Shown: positions 13,291 to 26,037 of the stretch, piece by piece | How positions within the stretch are numbered: position 1 is the stretch's first letter | How the letters are laid out: the number at the start of each line of letters is the position of its first letter | NCBI GenBank assembly: GCA_951804945.1 | Contig: OX638153.1 | Location: 51,646,001 to 51,710,000 of the forward strand | Reading direction: 5' to 3' | Length of the DNA: 64,000 nt | From: Podarcis cretensis | Taxonomy: Eukaryota | Notes under the pieces: model-generated | Databases searched by the model: none | Seen by the model: the letters and a program-made list of their open reading frames with translations, nothing else | Told to the model about the DNA's origin: nothing | Translations under genes and position numbers: made by a program

Positions 13291-14252
13291 AGTTGATTCT
13301 TGCTAGCCAACTCCAAACCTTTGGTTTATTTTATTAGAGAGAGAGCAATATTTTCAACAGTACTTTCAAGATCTAACTTCTGTAACTTTTGTTGCCCTTA
13401 GAAAAGCTTTTACTACCCTTTGTTTCCAAACAATGCCTCAACCTATTTGGAGGAAAAAGTATAAAAGGATCCTCTATACTCAGCAGACATGTGTTTGTGG
13501 TACTGGGGAGGTGGAAGACATAATGCATTATCTTTGGCATTGTCCTTTGTATAGAGATCTCAGAGCTCTTTTGGGGGAGACCTTTTGAGAGCAAGAGCTG
13601 GCTGGACCCTGACTGGTATTATTTGCGATCTGCTGACAGACCACAATAAAACCATTACAAACGAGGTTGCCACCTTTGCCGTAGCAGCTCAAAACATTCG
13701 CTGCGATTTTCTAAAGATGTCTGCAAAGAGGACCATCTGCAATAGTAGTTTGATATTGTTGATAATCTTTCTCACACATGTATGTACCTATTGCCCACTG
13801 ATTTTACTGGATGATCCTCATATCTAGTGTTTTTATCTCACTCTCACACATTATCTTTTTAGTATCTTTACACCATTTTCTCTCTCTTTCAAATGCTGTA
13901 GTTTTCTTCATTATAGCCTAGCTTCCTGCAATGACTGGAAGCTGGGCTGTTGTCATTTTTGAATGTTCATTCTCATGAGGGTTACGAAATCATAGTCAAA
14001 ACCACAAGTGATTACTCACAGTAAGCACTAGAAACATACTTTGTTAAGTAAAAGAAAGGTTGCATTGGTAGAACATTTCTCAGGATTCTAGGGACACGAA
14101 GCACTGCCTTCATATTGGCTGTATATTTGCATGAATGGAATTTATACTATAGTGAGGATATAAGCCACTGGCATGCTATGATTAAGAAATACAGCCTAGG
14201 TTTTATAACGGCTGAGATTTGCAGTACAAAGAACAGAACTTGCCCTGACTCT

Positions 14253-14295
14253 CAGATAGCTTGTTAACATGAAAAACAGATAGCTTGTTAACATG
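14253..14295. repeat. 19-bp direct repeat separated by AAAAA
   Basis: CAGATAGCTTGTTAACATG-AAAAA-CAGATAGCTTGTTAACATG. Confidence 0.9.
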
Positions 14296-14638
14296 TTTTA
14301 TTCTACGTCAGCAAGCAAGATATTCTGTGTCTAAAGTGTTTAAGGGACCTGAGCATGAACCAAACTCTGTCCTAGATTGTGCCCCAAGATTAGGCAATGT
14401 TTTGAAATAGAGTTTAACGTAAGTCTTCCATCCTCTGAGGAGTAAGATATCATTAGCTTTACAAACAGAAAAGAAGATCATGAATTTCCCAGAGAAAAAA
14501 AGGTCCCCAAGTTAAAAAAATCATAGCAATGTCGCACTATATCTTGTTTATTTTTATTGCAAATCTCAGGCTTCTGCATTCTACAAAAAGTCATTATTAA
14601 TGTCCAGACCACCAAGTGGCAGTTGATGATGCTTGCTG

Positions 14639-15000
14639 GGGATGGAGGAGAAGTTTGAATTGATTCACATTCGCAGATTTACCTAATGTGCAATTCCCCA
14701 AACCAATATCTGAAACATACACAGCTGCTCTCTGAAATTTGCCCATCTCTGAATTTTGTCATGCAGCTTTCCAACCAAAAAATGTGCGCAAAATGCATAT
14801 ATTAGTGAAAATAATATACAAAAATGCAAAAATAACATACAAAACTTTGGAAATGAGGAGAAAGGGGCACTAAAATGCGGATAAAATTTCATGGGGACTT
14901 AAAAAACTTACAAACTGATGTAGGAGTGTGGGGAACTGAATTTAAGATTGGAAAAACGTGAAGCTGAGAGAAACTGAAATTAACAGAATTGTCCATCCCT
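14639..15000 (+). mobile_element. Old AT-rich non-autonomous DNA-transposon-like repeat
   Basis: Termini GGGATGGA...TCCATCCC; the reverse complement aligns by eye to 31823-32714. Confidence 0.55.
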
Positions 15001-16799
15001 GAACTTGCTATACATATCACAGATATCCAACTTGGATTATCCAATTGTCAGGGTTTCACCTAGACAGTTACAGTTTTGCCATCCTGATCGTCAATGTCAT
15101 GAAGCGGCAAAGATGGCTATCCAAGTTTGCTTCTCAACCTTTGAAAAGCTGAAGTTACATCTGCTGAAACTAAAAATGGCCGCATCTTCTCAGCATCCTT
15201 CCTAGTATTTTTCATTCTATTTTCCTCCGTTTTGAACTTTGAAATACTGCACTCGGATATGGCACTGTCATCACATCTGTCACCATTTTGTAATAATAAT
15301 GCGGATTTGAATGGCTCTGTTGGACCATGTGAGTTTATCCAATTTAATTTCCCCGTGCGAGAAAAAACTGTAAAAACAAAACAAACCGGAAAAGGACAGA
15401 GGATTGTTCTTGTCCTGTTCCACCTGCAGTGCCAGCAAGATCCCAGCAGGGTGCTGGATATGGCAGATGTACTACAACTTGGTTCCTGCCCTGCCACATC
15501 CCCTGCCGCCTTCAGATTGCTTAGTTAATAACCTTCAAAGTTTTCCAGTAATGATGGCTCAGTAACTGTGAAAATGCCAGAAGCAACCTGATCCGCTTTG
15601 CTGACAAAGTAAAACAGGACAGGACAGGTGCTGTGTATGACATTGGCAGCTTTGTACCAGTCAATGGAGAAACTGCTAGCCGGATGGTCTGAGAGGGAAC
15701 TCAGGAGATATTTCCACCTGATAAGTGTGCCACAGAGGTTGTTTCTACTCTCACATGTCCGTATAAGATTATATCACAGATACAAGCAAAGAGATATGAG
15801 ATAAATTGATGAATTGATTGTTGCATCAATTAAGTGTTTTAAATTTGTTGTTAGTTGCCCTGAGCTCAGTTTTCTGAACCAGGAAGGGTGGGGTATAAAT
15901 TAAAAAAAAAAATTATTTATTTACCTTTGGCAGATCTGTGTACTTGTCTCTAGCAGCTTGGATTACAAATTACTTCATACAGTGACAGCAAGGCAAAAGG
16001 AAGATAAGGTGAGAGGTAAAACCTATGGGTATATTCAGGGCTGGATACCACAAGATTTCTTGAGAAAAGAAACTTTTTGAAGGTAGTCGTAAATGCTATC
16101 TGTGCCCCTTGAATGTAGCCTGTGAATTCTGCACTGGGTGTTTCACAGAAGATGCTCACAATATGCGCAACATGTAAGTGTCAAAATGCACATTTTATTT
16201 ACAAAGTTTATGGATATCGCCTTTGAATATATATTTTTATCTTTTAATACATAAAATAAAAAGATATATAAAAGTTCTTCTAGATAGCCATGCAGCTACA
16301 AAGATACCAGGCCAGAATACAAAGTTAAAAAGAAATAAAACAAATATATCAAATATAATGCAGTGTGTTTCTGCCGTGGATGACTAATTTGTACCGTTAT
16401 AAAATAAAAAAATCTGCTGGGTTTTGTAGAAAGTGATTAGTACTAATAATCAAACAACATAATCATAAATAACAACACTAGAGTCAGTTAAAACTAACTA
16501 TAATTCATGTTCAAACTGAAAAACTGAAGTTATGCACCCCCTCCATAAAAACCCAGAAATCCCACACGGACAGCTGTTTGATATAGCAAGTTTTCTCGCC
16601 ATTTTTTTAAAATAAACCCTATGAAGTACATCTTGAAAGTGATTTTTTTAAAAACTTGGAAGAAAATATGTCTCTGCATTTTATTTTTAAATAACTCTGT
16701 TGGGATGCATAGAAGGCGTCAGAGTATAGATTTTGCATGCAGTAAATCATAGGCTAAACCTGCAGCTCATGTTTCTCCTCCTGCTGCTGCACTTTAGAG

Positions 16800-16927
16800 T
16801 AAGTGTGAGGAACTTGTGGTTCTTCAGATGTTACTGGACTTCAGCTCCCACTGGTTTGGCCAATGGTCAAAGGTGATGGAAGTGCTAGTCCAGCAACATC
16901 TGGAGGGGCACAGGTTCCCCACTTCTG
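16800..16927. mobile_element. Older palindromic hAT-type MITE of a related family
   Basis: CAGATGTTACTGGACT...AGTCCAGCAACATCTG arms; TSD CTTTAGAG/CTTTAGTG (7/8). Confidence 0.75.
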
Positions 16928-18216
16928 CTTTAGTGCAAAGGAAGTTGTGCAGGAAGGCTTTACCCTGTCACTGTTGGGACCAAGTGCAGAGCTGGTGGGA
17001 AACTCATCATCTTTGGAATGGGCCCTGAGCTAATCCTGATAGCAGCACCATTGAGGTTGCGTGGGGTGCAAGACTCACAGCAAAGAGGAATATTCTGATC
17101 TTGGCCATATTTAAGATTAGATTGCAAAACAAAAAGCAGTTGGTTTCAAGTATATTTATTATTTTGCATTTGTCTTGATATCTCCTCGTAATGAGATATC
17201 AAGGAAGAATCAGAGATTATAATGCACTGCAGATTCCTTATGGTTGGAAACCACAGGTTTGCAGGATATTACACATAATGTATGAAGATTCATCTGCAGA
17301 GATTTGATAGAGAGCAATGGGATCTAAGTGTGAACCACTTAACACATAATTTGAAAGGTGGCAACTGCTCATCTGCCATTTCACTGCTTCCAGAAAACTT
17401 CAATTTCAGAGTCATTCATAAACAGAGAAATGACAAACGTCTGAGAAGCTGACTTTTGAAATTCATTTTTAGATCTGCCAGGAAAGATCCAATCTTTGCC
17501 CCTTATTATGCTATTATATCACTATTAGTCATTGGCATAGGCAGAACTCCCAGGTGTGAGGCTGACAGACAAAGCATATTGTCAATATCAAAGAATGGCA
17601 ATAACAAAAGGCATTCAAATGCTGATTGTTACCTTGCTCTTGCCTCCCACTTTTAGGCATATCAAGCACTTTGAAAAGGTCACTCCATGCAGTCAGGTAT
17701 ATGCAAAGACTGGTTGGTTAATACTGGAAAGAAGCTTTCTACTGAAAGGTGTCTCAACTATTATTGTGATATCTTGAAAGGCAATGAATGGAAAAGCCAC
17801 CTATTGTTATCAACGTAGCCAAATTTTTAAACAACCCCTTTTTCTTCCCTACGTCATCCCCAAAGGGTCATGTATCCTACTTTACAGCAGACAATCTTTT
17901 ATTTGAAGGAGTCCTCTGTGAAGGACTGGCCCAATACATTTTGCTGCCTGAGGCAAATGACAAAATGGCCTCCTCCCTGCATTTCATGTACAGAAACTGA
18001 ACTGTTTGGCAGCAGAGTTTACTTCAACACTGGCAATAGCACAGGATTCTTCATGGAACCCCAGCACAGCAGGAAAGCTTAGCGGACACAGGGCAGGTGC
18101 CATCCTCTAGGGTCTGCCTCCTGTAGGTGTCACACTCTGGTACAGCTGGTTTTGCTGCCTTGTTTGAAGATAAAGAACCCTAAGAAAGGAGAGCAGGGTT
18201 CCTTGAAGTTGCTTAT

Positions 18217-18833
18217 TGTGGGAATGTTCAGGGAGGCAGGAGAGGATATATTGTTTGATTATATCCTTTCCAACTTGTGTTAACAAGTTCTACAATTTAG
18301 CAGAGTAACATTCCCCTTTTTAAACTTGCACAGCGGATGTGTTTGCTCAGGCTCTCTAAAGCCTCTAAAATAAGTTACCTGGTAAATTCCTCTTTAGTCC
18401 CTCATAAAAGAAATAGACACGACACAATCTTCTATAAAAGTATGAAAAGAGTTTACTCGCTCACTCATTCTGTTCACAGATGGATCCCAGAAGGCAGACT
18501 TAAGTTACAAAAGTAATATACCTGGAATCTATTCCATAAAGAGATAGTCCCTTTGTCCCCTCTTAGCTGGAAGCCAAGTGAGCATCTTAGGCTAAGCAGA
18601 TGTTGCTTCTTCGATGAATGTAGTCAGAGAGAGAGAGAGAGAGAGATGGTGGCCAGTCCTATGCTTTTGTTACCTGCACAGGTGAGGCCACACCCACCTC
18701 TGGTCACATGTAGAGGAAGTCTGTCCCAGCCTAGGAAGAAACAGGAAATTCCGACTGGCTGGTCCAGACACCCCCCTTTTTATGTCCACTCTTGGGATGT
18801 TGTACTTGACTGCTCTGTGTTTCACATCCCACA
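18217..18833 (-). mobile_element. Solo LTR (ERV or Gypsy-type), 617 bp
   Basis: TG...CA termini with a 7-bp terminal inverted repeat TGTGGGA/TCCCACA; 5-bp TSD CTTAT (18212-18216) / CCTAT (18834-18838). Orientation inferred from a minus-strand AGTAAA at 18452-18457 followed by GT-rich sequence. Confidence 0.72.
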
Positions 18834-21800
18834 CCTATCAATGGTTAGCACTTAGACACAAACATCAGACCGAGCAGGTACAAGGTAACAGTCTTCCATG
18901 CTATGGTGAGATGTATTTCTGTGTAAATGATATACATTATTTCCAAATCTGTGCCTATGCATGCGTTAGCATATGGAGGTTTTATGCAAATCAGTGTCAT
19001 TTTGGGGTGATGCATGAAGTGGCCACCCTATGGGGCCACTGAAATTTATTTGCTCATCTTGGCTCCCAGCATTGGCTCCCAGGTATGGTCCCTGGTGGGC
19101 CAGTCACATGCATTCATGCTGCACACAAAGGACACGGTGCATGCCATTGCAAACTGCATCTGTGCTTCATAGTGCCTCAGGAACTGAGGAAATTGCTTTG
19201 CTGAACTGCAGCCATTGCTATCTGCTGTAAATATTATATTAGCACAAATAATACTTTCTCAAAACCAATCATAGTGAATCTTACCAAGAGTTAACGATGC
19301 TGCAATCCAATAGATAATATATTAAGTAATAATATGAGGCACACTTACTAGGAAGTGGAGTTTTGTTCTGAGCAAACATGCATAGCATTGGGTTGCATGA
19401 TAGCAAATATTAAAGAAAGTCAATCTTTTTATTATTACATTGGGGGTGAGGAGGCACTCATAGCTACAGATAACCTATATGAAGATATATCCAAGAATTA
19501 TGTATGCCTGTTTTTCAGAACTCGCTCCCCAAAGGGTTTGATGGTACCCTCGATGTGATTCTCAATATAGAGAGAAATTCCCTCTGGCAATTTAAAGCGA
19601 TATTCCTGTGCTTTCAAAAAGATTCCCTCTCATGAAGTGATTTATACCTGCCATAATTAATCTAATATCTTGGATTTATGTTCTTGGATGATGCTGATTT
19701 TAACTGATATACTGTATTTTCTTAACATACTATTTTTATGTGCTTCAGCTTTATGTGTTTATGTCTAAGAATGATAGATAGCTTCTCTTCCCCCCCCCCC
19801 GGGTTTGTTTGTTTGTTTTTTAGCTATATATATATCTTTCCTGGTTCTTTAATCAAGTGAAAATAAAATAAAAGAAACATTATTTTTGTCTTTGTAGGCT
19901 TGCTTCCTTTTTAATTTTTTGCTCTCTCTTTTCCAGGTGTGTTTTCTGTGTCTGCTCATATTTCCTTTGCATGCATCTTGAACCAACATCATGCTTTGTG
20001 AATCATGGGATTAAGGGTAAATTTAAATTATCTAGATTCCCTCCCAAATTCTTGGTTGCTTGAGTAAAATTCCATACATAATCAGCATACTTTCTTAAAG
20101 GTTACACTACATTCATGTTTTAGGTTTGATTCAGGAAATGTAGCCCTCTCCTTTAAAAAAAAGTAAAAAAAAAGTTTTAGAGTTTATTGTCTGTAATCAT
20201 GTCATCACAACAAAATCAAATAATTTGGTTGCACTGACATACTTTGAAGATATCACACAGATCCTTCCAGAATGTTCCTGCAGGAAGAAGCAACACACCT
20301 GGAGACAAGGCAAGATAATTTTAAAAAAGTAAAATCCTGCTACATAGAATTTTGTTAGACAATTAATAAAATGTATGAGGCTAATTTTTATGCACCACAG
20401 GGAAACAAACAAACAAACAAACAAGCAGGAATGTGTGATGTGTCAACAGATGGATCCCTCTGTACTGTGTTTTGGTTTCATACTCTTACCTGCAGCCTGA
20501 GGGAGTTTAAACTGTCCAGGTTTTCTAAACAATGGCACCATTTCTCAGCAAAACTCTGTGATGAATTTTGGCCTGTGTTTTATAGTCCCAGGGTACATTT
20601 TTGGTCTGCCTTCAAAACTCTCTTTGCTTCACAAGCCTCAGCCCTTTAGGCCTCAGTACGGTCTATTGTTCAGAGACGACAACAAAATATTGTCATCTAC
20701 CAGCCTGTTGTGGAACTTGTGGTTTTATAACTTAGCAACCTTGGACAAAGAGAAGTGCACTAGCACTCACTGCTTCAACCAAAGTCAATAACGGCTGTGC
20801 TGTGACTCATGTGCTGTGACTCTAGTGACACAAACAGGTGTTGTGGAAAAGAAAAGGAAAACATGTCTTGTATCAGCTCATCACAGAACAATTAACAAAG
20901 CCATCCCAGCTGCAGACAAGAAAATGTTCTGGTCATTTGATTTCCTTTTGTAATGTTCCTTTTTAAAAACAAAAAACAAAAAAGCTCACTTTACAGTAAA
21001 TATTGTGGACAACAAGCTATCTACTGCATTAGATGCTAGGTGGAGTTGTCATGTGCTGTCTTCTCCTGCATAGTTGTTAAATTGTACAGTCTACTATGTC
21101 ACCGTGAGGCACCACCTTCCAAACTTCCCTACCTGTGAGGGCACAAGCAAGCGAAAGGCAAACTGCACAGGATGCTAAAATATGTCTTTGCATTTAATGT
21201 TCAGGTCTTTAAAATTGCAAATAGCATCAGCTATGGAAGGAAGGGCTGCTGATACTGGTTATGAATGCATCATACATGAAGGAAGAATTCAACCATTTCC
21301 TCCCCTGCTGTGGTTGTGAGGAAACACCTCCTCTGAAGGTGTGGGTTGGCTCCAATTTCCCCAGTGGAAAACAAATCTGACCTTCAGAGTTGACTCAGGA
21401 CTGTACCAGAGAAGAAAAGGTTAACCTTCCCACCACCACTCAGGTCTGCTGCAGTTCTACTAGCTATCAGCGCTAACCATTGGTCCTGCTATAGCTAGGG
21501 ATGATGGGAATTGTAGTCCAACAACAGCTAGAGACCCAAGTTTGAGAAACACTGGTCTAAAACATCTGGCAGGCACAAGGTTGGTGAAGGCTGATATATT
21601 GGATAACTTGCTCCATTACTGTAGTGCCCGAGTAGTTCTTGAAAGTCTTAAACTGGTTTTCCTCTATTGCCCACAGAAAATGTCAGGAAGCCTGTGATTC
21701 TGTGATGAAGTTCTAGTCTCACAAATGTTTGCAGTAGTCATTAAGTATTAACTATCTGTTACTTAAATCTTAGCTGAAATTGACTGAAAAAAACATGTCT

Positions 21801-22944
21801 TAGAAAAAAGTGAACAGGACAGTCCTTTTATTTCCGTTTCTAACAGCAACCACTTAGGATTTCCAGTGAGTGGGTGCTGTTAGTACGGTGAGAACTTGCC
21901 AATATTTCATCCAGCAACCAACGATGGTGATGTGGCAGCTCTGCTCCAAGATCGTTCCTAGAACTATTCCCTATCACAAATATTTGCTGTCATATCAGAA
22001 GGCTGACTTCATTTGTAGCATTTGTAATTCCCATTTTATTAAAAGGTTGTGAATGAATTAATTGCACATAAAACCAAAGGGAGCTGTCCTTATCTTAATT
22101 TAGGTGGGCAGGTGCAGTTGAGCAGGCAAAAAAGGTTCCTCGCCCTTTGCACTAAAGCAAAGTCAAACATTAGATACGATACATTTTTAACAAAGAATAT
22201 GTAATCTGAAAAAAAAACTTTTAAGAAAGCACACCAATATTGTTTTGAATTTTGATTCTGGAAAACCTTTGCATCTTTACTCAACAAATAAGAGTTTAAT
22301 TGTGTGGTTCTTTAAATCAGCTTGTGTGATTATGTAGAGTAGACATACCTGTAAGCACTCAATTCTAAGTATGTTCAGGATCGTGCTGTTAAAATACTTT
22401 GAAGAGACACTCTTAGGTATCTTCCTTTTCACCAATAATACATTGAGATATGTGATCAGTGGTTGCTTCCACGCTACCCTTTTATTTCCAGTTTCCTCCC
22501 TGTTTTTAGTCAACTTTTATGAAAAATGCACATTTTCAATTTGGTGTTGTTGAGTGTTTTCTGTCCTGCTCTCCCATCTCTCCCTCCCTGCCTTCATACC
22601 TGATTTGTGCTTATTTTGGGTGTGTAATAAAATAAAGTTGCAACACCCACATTTTCATTTTGGACAGGCAGAGAACAACTGAAGCTTAAAGCTTCAGATT
22701 GCAGACAGAGAGGGGTTGTGATGAGTAACCTCTGCATTGCCCCTTAAACAGTCTCAGTTGATCCGGTGCCATTTTCTGTTCTTAACGTGATAGAGAGGAA
22801 TATAATTGTTAGTTTCCTTGCATTAATTTTAAGCATAATATCACTATTGCATTATAAAAACAGCAAAATGAAAAACTAAGGAAACAAGTAATTATAACCC
22901 GCCTCTTCTCATGGAACAGAAACTGACATTGGGGCAATTAAGAG

Positions 22945-23556
22945 TGAAGAAATGGAGGCAGTGAGAGATTTTACTTTCTTGGGCTCCATGATCACTGCAG
23001 ATGGTGACAACAGTCATGAAATTAAAAGACGCCTGCTCCTTGGGAGAAAGGCGATGGCAAACCTAGACAGCGTCTTAAAAAGCAGAGACATCACCTTGCC
23101 AACAAAGGTCCATATAGTTAAAGCCATGGTTTTCCCAGTAGTGATGTATGGAAGTGAGAGCTGGACCATAAAGAAGGCTGATCGCCGAAGAATTGATGCT
23201 TTTGAATTATGGCGCTGGAGGAGACTCTTGAGAGCCCCATGGACTGCAAGAAGATCAAACCTCTCCATTCTTAAGGAAATCAGCCCTGAGTGCTCACTGG
23301 AAGGACAGATCGTGAAGCTGAGGCTCCAATACTTTGGCCACCTCATGAGAAGAGAAGACTCCCTGGAAAAGACCCTGATGTTGGGAAAGATTGAGGGCAC
23401 AAGAAGAGGGGGACGACAGAGGACGAGATGGTTGGACAGTGTTCTCGAAGCTACAAACATGAGTCTGACCAAACTGCGGGAGGCAGTGGAAGACAGGAGT
23501 GCCTGGCATGCTCTGGTCCATGGGGTCACGAAGAGTCGGACACAACTAAACAACAA
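22945..23556 (+). mobile_element. Bov-B (RTE clade) LINE, 5'-truncated ~610 bp 3' fragment encoding the C-terminal end of the RT ORF
   Basis: ORF 22952..23581 reads MEAVRDFTFLGSMITADGDNSHEIKRRLLLGRKAM...KLRLQYFGHLMRR...GVTKSRT, typical of the Bov-B C-terminus. CAAC tail; imperfect TSD-like AATT(C)AAGAG flanks. Confidence 0.95.
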
Positions 23557-23947
23557 AATTCAAGAGACTATGAATATCTAATCCTTCAAGCACAATTAAA
23601 AGGAAGCCATAAAGAGGCAGGGCCTGCAAACAGAAATCTTAACAATTTGAAAGGGTCTAAATAGAATTACTTGTACATAAACATTACAGGAAGATGTGGA
23701 AGGCGAACCATTGAAAACACCTCAGTTGATGTTTTCTCCAATTACATATGAAATGTACATTTGTATCAAATATGTATGTAAAAAAAGAGGACATGGAACT
23801 TCTTCAAGGGCCTTTTAGTTTTATTGCTGCAGGAGATAAAAGACCAGAACTAGAAATCCACAAGGCAATAAATGTTCTTCATTAATGATGCCCTCATTAT
23901 TTAACAGATTTCTTGGTTTTCAGGCACTAAATCCCCTAGCCACTCTA

Positions 23948-24309
23948 AAGGTAAAGGTAAAGGTACCCCTGCCCATACGGGCTAGTCTTGACAGACTCTG
24001 GGGTTGTGCGCCCATCTCACTCAAGAGGCCAGGGGCCAGCGCTGTCCTGAGACACTTCCGGGTCACGTGGCCAGCGTGACAAAGCTGCTCTGGCGAGCCA
24101 GAGCCGCACACGGAAACGCCGTTTACCTTCCCGCTGGTAAGCGGTCCCTATTTATCTACTTGCACCCGGAGGTGCTTTCGAACTGCTAGGTTGGCAGGCG
24201 CTGGGACTGAGCAGCAGGAGCGCACCCTGCCGCAGGGATTCGAACCGCCGACCTTTCGATCGGCAAGCCCTAGGCGCTGAGGCTTTAACCCACAGCGCCA
24301 CCTGCGTCC
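23948..24309 (-). mobile_element. Sauria SINE, full length, divergent subfamily
   Basis: tRNA-like head with B box GGTTCGAATCC and (ACCTTT)n tail on the minus strand; 13-bp TSD CCTAGCCACTCTA at 23935-23947 and 24308-24320. Confidence 0.92.
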
Positions 24310-25876
24310 TAGCCACTCTACCTCAGTTTAAACAACAAGCTCCCTCTTTGGGCACAGAATAATACTTTTACTCAATATGACCCTGCCTGCAATGGGGAAA
24401 AAACACAAGCCTCTCCTGGTGCAATGACATTTTAAAATTATCATCTTCCCTTTCACACAAACACAATGGGTTTCCATTAGCACTTTCCACAGCAGTGCTA
24501 ATGTAAAAGATATTTTCCTGGCTCTCCAAACAAGCTGAGAAAATGGAATACGGCCCAATTCATGACAAATTTGAATAAGTTGCTTTCCCTATGTATGCAG
24601 CTGGGGATGCTTTCAGAGTCCCAAAGCTGTATTAGTTTGGCTACGGTTGTACATACTGCAGAACCAATGAAATGCAATTAGTAGGGACATTTTTATGCAG
24701 TTGACAGAGGTTGGGAAGAGACAAGCTGGTTATTTGTTCACTCTGAAGAAGGCAAGATATTAAATGGAAATGGTCAGAAGTGATTCTGACCCACTTTTTG
24801 AAGATGCTGCAATCTTAGCCTTTTTACTAAACCATAGAATTAGTGGTAGTTTTCTAGAAAAAGAGGTGCCGGAACTCACCAAGAACACTGCCCCTGTTCT
24901 CTTATAATGGCAATGGCGCCCACCTGAGAGGTACCAGAATTGAGTTCCAGTAATTTCTTGCACAGTAGGAAATCATCTTAATTTACCAGTAATTCTCAAC
25001 TGCACAAGCAACGTCTGAGGCTGAAGACCTTATGGATATGTGAGGCAGTTCTTTCGTTACTCACCTACCCACGTGTAATTTTTAGACAAACCAGGGACTC
25101 AGCTATACAGCTGCAAATAAAACGTCTTAAGTGTGTTTTAAGTGCTATATACAATGTGACACTAGATGGCGAGCCTTATGGAAAATTCAATGCATTTTTT
25201 TAAATGCTTCTTTTTAAAAAAAGGATTTTCAGAAAAGTTTTTATATGTGTGTAGATTCCACCCAGAACTATATATTTGCATGTTAATTATTTCCAAGTAG
25301 AAGCCCTCTGGTGGTCAATTGGGAAAACATGATCTGAGCTCAATGATATCACACTATAATCAGTATACACTTTAGAAAGATGCATACGGTATTTCACATT
25401 TTAGGTAAGTATGAATGGACCCTCTAATACTATGCCAGTCACATTCTATGAGTGTAATAATTCTTGAATTCAATCTCAGACTTCACAATAATAAAAGGAG
25501 CCATAACAACTCACATCTTTTATAGATGATAAACTATGCCAGGCAGCAGCAGCTATTTTTCAAGGCATACCTCACAGAAGCCACTGGCTGTTATCTTCAG
25601 GCCATTAGTGTTTGACTGTCAGGCTTTGTTGTAAGAAATTTTGAAGAGGTAGTACCTTCTTGGAAGTATGCTTTGTGATGTGTGCCAAATTGTTATGTCT
25701 CCTTTCCAGTAACTTTATTCATGAATAAAGCAGCACTTCATGTACTGCACTGCTGTGCTTGTTTCTGAATACATTTGGTCCAGAGAAGACAAGGGCATTA
25801 TGTCACTTGACTCACCAGCTGATAGCAATTTTATAATTCAAGCAACACAGTGCTGCTTCTACTGCCTTGACTATCG

Positions 25877-26037
25877 CCATACATCCAGACCATACATTTA
25901 AAGCACTGCAATACCACTTTAAACAGTCATGGCTTCTGCCAAAGTATTCTGCGCATTGAAGTTTGTTAAGGGCGCTAAAAGTTGTTAGGAGACCCCTATT
26001 CGCCACAAAGAGCCACAATTTCTAGAGGGAAGAGGGA
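25877..26037. mobile_element. Half copy of the same palindromic MITE
   Basis: CATACATTTAAAGCA...TACCACTTTAAACAGTCATGGCTTC...GTTGTTAGGAGACCCCTATT is the reverse complement of the arm seen at 27755-27852. Confidence 0.6.

Noticed and set aside
20796-20822. TGTGCTGTGACTC duplication containing TGACTCA
   Set aside because: Short slippage duplication; a single AP-1 word is not enough evidence of function.
23014-23556. 180-aa antisense ORF as a novel gene
   Set aside because: It lies wholly within the Bov-B copy and is a shadow of the element's sequence.
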